DNA of 64,000 bases from Trichormus sp. ATA11-4-KO1 (lineage in GTDB: Bacteria > Cyanobacteriota > Cyanobacteriia > Cyanobacteriales > Nostocaceae): positions 1 to 64,000 of the forward strand of contig JAHHIM010000010.1 of assembly GCA_019358915.1 (NCBI GenBank), given 5' to 3'. Positions 60,698 through 64,000 of the stretch are shown piece by piece; the stretch's first letter is position 1, and the number at the start of each line of letters is the position of its first letter. The notes under the pieces are model-generated. The model saw nothing but the letters and a program-made list of their open reading frames with translations. It was not told the origin of the DNA and did not search any database. The position numbers and the translations under genes are program-made.

Positions 60698-60724
60698 TGA
60701 GTGCTGAGTGCTGAGTGCTGAGTA
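60698..60724. repeat. STRR heptamer tract (TGAGTGC)n
   Basis: tgagtgc x3 plus tgagt. Confidence 0.85.
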
Positions 60725-60762
60725 AAAAGAGTTAGGAGTTAATTATCGACTCCTAACTCTTT

Positions 60763-62748
60763 TTAATTTTTAGCTTTTCTAGCCTGCCATTTTTGGATGG
60801 CTTCTTGAGCATCTTCGTAAACTGCCGTTACCTCAGGGACTAAAGTAGCCGTTTCAATTGCCGCTTTGATGTTGCCTTGATCTGCTCGATTTTTGGCCAA
60901 CTCTAAAATTTTTTCACTCCATTGATTAATGGATTGTTGAGCCATATCGAAACCTGGTTGACCTGCTGGTACTCTCTTAGCGACTTCTATAGCTCGATTA
61001 TATGTTGATGCTTGTCCGGGTCTAATTAAGGACTTAGCTGCATCTAAAACGGTTTTATTACCCACAAATTGTTTAGCCTCTAATTGCCATTGCTGAATTG
61101 CTGCTTGTGCCTGGGGATAAAGGTCTTGGTCTGGAGAAACTAATTTAGCGGCAGCGATGGCATTTGTATATTGTTTTTGCTTGGCACGACCCTCTGCTAA
61201 ATCAAGGATCATGCGAGTCCAAATTTTAATATTTTCCTGAGCTTGTTCATAGAGTGGTTCATCTGGTTGAATTTTGCGCGCAGTGGCGATCGCCAAGCTG
61301 AGATCGCTAGCTTGAGTTTGTCTCAGAGACATTTTTGCTAGGTCTAACACTGCTTGACTCCGCTTTCTCGACTCAGAAAGAGAGGCTAGTTGGGCACTAG
61401 ATGGGTTGGTTGCTGGAGGAGTTATGGGAGATGTCTCTGAGGTAGAGCGAGTGTTTGACTCAGGGGTAGTAGTGGGTGATGCGGGTGATATTTGTTTGAC
61501 TTGCAAAAATCTCGCCTGATTACGGAGAACAATGACAGCAATTAAAGCTACTACCAACATAGTGCCACCACCCCAAAGTAAAAACTGTTTCCACAGTGGG
61601 TTGTTGGCTTTATTCTGAGGCAAGCTAGAAATGTAGGGTGGAGGATTATTGGGGATGAACCTACCTCCTGTAACTGTTTCCTGGAAAGGTGTGAGTGGTT
61701 GGGGTTGTTGATTGAAGTACTGTTCTTTGGCGACTATATCAGTAGCCACACCAGAAAATTTTGGTTGTTCTAAATTACCGGAATTTGCTGTGAAGTTGGG
61801 CAAGTTCAACTGCTGAGACCTATTACCGAGGGTGGTTTCTATTCCTGGCGCTTCTTCCCAGATGCTCGTTTTTTGCGACTTAGGCGAACTCATTGGGGGT
61901 TTTGCGCCTACAGAAGGTGCAGCAAGTGCCACAGCAAAAGTTTCGTCTGGAAAAATTACTGGTTCTGCGGCACTAGGTTCTATAGTGCTGGGAACTTCTT
62001 TGCTGTTGCTTTGCTCTGCCAATTGCGGCAAAATTGCCTTTTGATGCGCTGGGAATATTGTTATCGGGTTTTGTGTGGGACGCCAGTAGTGTTGACATAA
62101 TTCTGGGGTGAGAACGCTCAAATAGCTTTCTAAATCAGTCAGACTACCAGCATTACCAGAACGTAAAGCCTCTAATAATGCTGCTGTAAAGAATCCGTGA
62201 CCTAGTTCGCTACTTTCGTGAGAGAATTGCTCTGGTTGGCAAGAAAGAATTGTAGCAATTTGAAGTTCTTCAGCCAGTTCTATGGTTTCTTGTCCCACAG
62301 GAGCATCTGCTTGAGTACCAAAAGCACGGTTGATATCAAGCAGCAGTAATGTATTTAGTTCAGCCAGTTGCAGACTTTGCATGAGCGATCGCACTTCTAT
62401 GCCAGTCTCATGTACTAACTCAGGATTTCCTGCTACTGGCATCAAGTAATCTTTGCCGTCATGGTTGACCCCATAACCGCTAAAGAATAACCACAGATGA
62501 TCTTGTGGTTGCCAACAAGCTGCTGTCAAATCCTCCAACAACAACAGAATATTTTCCTTAGTTGGATAAGTTGATCTATCTCCAATTGGTGGTGAAGAAT
62601 CTGTCATCAATAGACAGCGTTGCCGTGTAAAACCTCCTTCTTGAATCAAAAAATCCTTTAGCACCTCAGCATCTGCTTGGGCACAACGTAAAGGTTGAAA
62701 TAACTGATATTGATTGATGCCAATTGCGATCGCCCAGTAATTTGCCAT
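60763..62748 (-). CDS. Caspase-family (C14) domain membrane protein with substituted catalytic dyad
   Basis: AIAIGINQY, FSGYG (His site is Tyr), LLDINR (Cys site is Asn), HGFFT; TM helix; helical C-terminal repeats. Confidence 0.85.
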   Translation of the reverse strand: MANYWAIAIGINQYQLFQPLRCAQADAEVLKDFLIQEGGFTRQRCLLMTDSSPPIGDRSTYPTKENILLLLEDLTAACWQPQDHLWLFFSGYGVNHDGKDYLMPVAGNPELVHETGIEVRSLMQSLQLAELNTLLLLDINRAFGTQADAPVGQETIELAEELQIATILSCQPEQFSHESSELGHGFFTAALLEALRSGNAGSLTDLESYLSVLTPELCQHYWRPTQNPITIFPAHQKAILPQLAEQSNSKEVPSTIEPSAAEPVIFPDETFAVALAAPSVGAKPPMSSPKSQKTSIWEEAPGIETTLGNRSQQLNLPNFTANSGNLEQPKFSGVATDIVAKEQYFNQQPQPLTPFQETVTGGRFIPNNPPPYISSLPQNKANNPLWKQFLLWGGGTMLVVALIAVIVLRNQARFLQVKQISPASPTTTPESNTRSTSETSPITPPATNPSSAQLASLSESRKRSQAVLDLAKMSLRQTQASDLSLAIATARKIQPDEPLYEQAQENIKIWTRMILDLAEGRAKQKQYTNAIAAAKLVSPDQDLYPQAQAAIQQWQLEAKQFVGNKTVLDAAKSLIRPGQASTYNRAIEVAKRVPAGQPGFDMAQQSINQWSEKILELAKNRADQGNIKAAIETATLVPEVTAVYEDAQEAIQKWQARKAKN

Positions 62749-62946
62749 CCCGCTCTTTGTAGGTTGTTGTATGTTTGCCTAAAATTGCGGTTGGCTTTGC
62801 TGAAAAAACAAAGCTAACCTATGTCTTATGGCCTAGGAAATTCTGATCAAGCTACTGTGTTTTAAGTTAAATTAGTTACATTATTCCTAGCAAAATTGCT
62901 TACAAAAAAATTCAATTACTAATCATCAGGAAGGAGCTATCAGGTT

Positions 62947-63462
62947 ATGACCAAGAGTATTGCTTATCAACCATCATCGATCATCCCCTTTCCAGTTATT
63001 GGCCAAATTGGCACAAAGATCCGGATATTTCCATTAATTATTTTACTTTTCTCGCCAGTTTCCTTGTGGATAATGACAGAAACACTCGCACCCCAGATAG
63101 TTCGCGCTTATACCGCCAGAGTTGACCTGAGCATAGACCGAATGGAAGATGAAACTTACGAAACCATACTGCGAAGAGCAGAAGCAGTTGCCAGAGCAGC
63201 CGCTCAACGTAGCTTCGACCAAGATATTTTAGTAACAGATGTTTCTATTATTGTTTCCGTACAAAGTTATGGCGCGATCGCACCAATTTTGTCTTTAGAT
63301 GTTAGTCGCCAGCAATGGCGTACACGCCCCGATGCTCAACGTTGGGCAACTTACTTTAAAACTGCGCGATCGCTATTATTCTTTGATCAACAGCCAATAA
63401 CCTCCAATGTAGGTCAAGCAGCTACTATCATTCCTCCAGCCGCCAATCCCGCAAAAGAGTGA
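62947..63462 (+). CDS. Hypothetical exported/membrane-anchored protein
   Basis: Hydrophobic segment then a soluble domain, 171 aa. Confidence 0.7.
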   Translation: MTKSIAYQPSSIIPFPVIGQIGTKIRIFPLIILLFSPVSLWIMTETLAPQIVRAYTARVDLSIDRMEDETYETILRRAEAVARAAAQRSFDQDILVTDVSIIVSVQSYGAIAPILSLDVSRQQWRTRPDAQRWATYFKTARSLLFFDQQPITSNVGQAATIIPPAANPAKE

Positions 63463-63463
63463 A

Positions 63464-63515
63464 GGGGACAAGGGGATAGGGGGACAAGGGGACAAGGGGA
63501 CAAGGGGACAAGGAC
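63464..63515. repeat. Octamer tandem repeat (GGGGACAA)n
   Basis: Six copies, one variant. Confidence 0.9.
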
Positions 63516-63633
63516 AGATTACTAATATTAAGTTCTTCCCCCCATCCCCCACTGTCCCCAATTATTAATGTTGGGTTGGTCAATTTGATCGCTTAGAATA
63601 GGAAGGTTGTCAAGAATTGCGATATCCGCTATT

Positions 63634-63804
63634 ATGGCTGTCCCTAAGAAGAAAACATCCAAATCCAAACGAGATAAACGTCGAGCTACCTGGAGACACA
63701 AAGCTGCTGTCGAAGCTCAGAAAGCTCTATCCCTAGGCAAGTCAATTTTGACTGGACGTTCTACCTTTGTTTATCCAACGGCTGAAGAAGAGGAAGAATC
63801 ATAA
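63634..63804 (+). CDS. rpmF: 50S ribosomal protein L32
   Basis: [18 protein letters not shown] signature. Confidence 0.97.
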   Translation: MAVPKKKTSKSKRDKRRATWRHKAAVEAQKALSLGKSILTGRSTFVYPTAEEEEES

Positions 63805-64000
63805 TTTGCCAGTGAGGAAAAGCTTCTGTCCAGATTACTCACTACTGTATAAGGGCTTTTCTAATTACAGAAAAATACCTTCGCCAAGATTCGACACCTG
63901 GTCAGGGTGCGGCTATACAAACAAAGGCTGCTTTTCCAGTCTGTAAGGATTTCAGCCCACTTGTGTGGGCTTTGTACGTATAGCCACATGGGTGAAGACA

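Noticed and set aside
1749..62100. Numerous 60-140 aa ORFs antisense to or nested in long genes
   Set aside because: Shadow frames of well-supported genes, with no recognisable motifs

Overview
This window is from a filamentous cyanobacterium, probably a heterocyst-forming Nostocales strain. Evidence: abundant HIP1 GCGATCGC octamers, heptamer STRR tracts, and hglK-like and plmA genes. Core genes fill 1-12.4 kb and 37-64 kb (hybrid kinase, nagB, era, clpX-clpP-tig, asd-dapA-rnj, rpmF). Two accessory blocks lie between them. (1) At 12.6-18.7 kb is a RiPP-like cluster: an APH-type kinase plus a HopA1-family lyase (the LanK/LanY dehydratase pair), downstream of eight tandem double-glycine precursor genes. 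None of the precursors contains Cys, and six are separated by a conserved RNA hairpin. (2) At 20.45-37.22 kb is a 16.7 kb defence island bounded by a duplicated tspO 3' end. It holds a type III-D CRISPR effector operon (HD-less Cas10 with intact GGDD; no cas1, cas2, cas6 or CARF gene) and three minus-strand arrays. It also holds two related TM + receiver-like (NARF/Cam2-like) genes flanking the operon, and several toxin-antitoxin cassettes separated by repeated HIP1-bracketed elements. All family calls come from motif recognition by eye; no database search was run.
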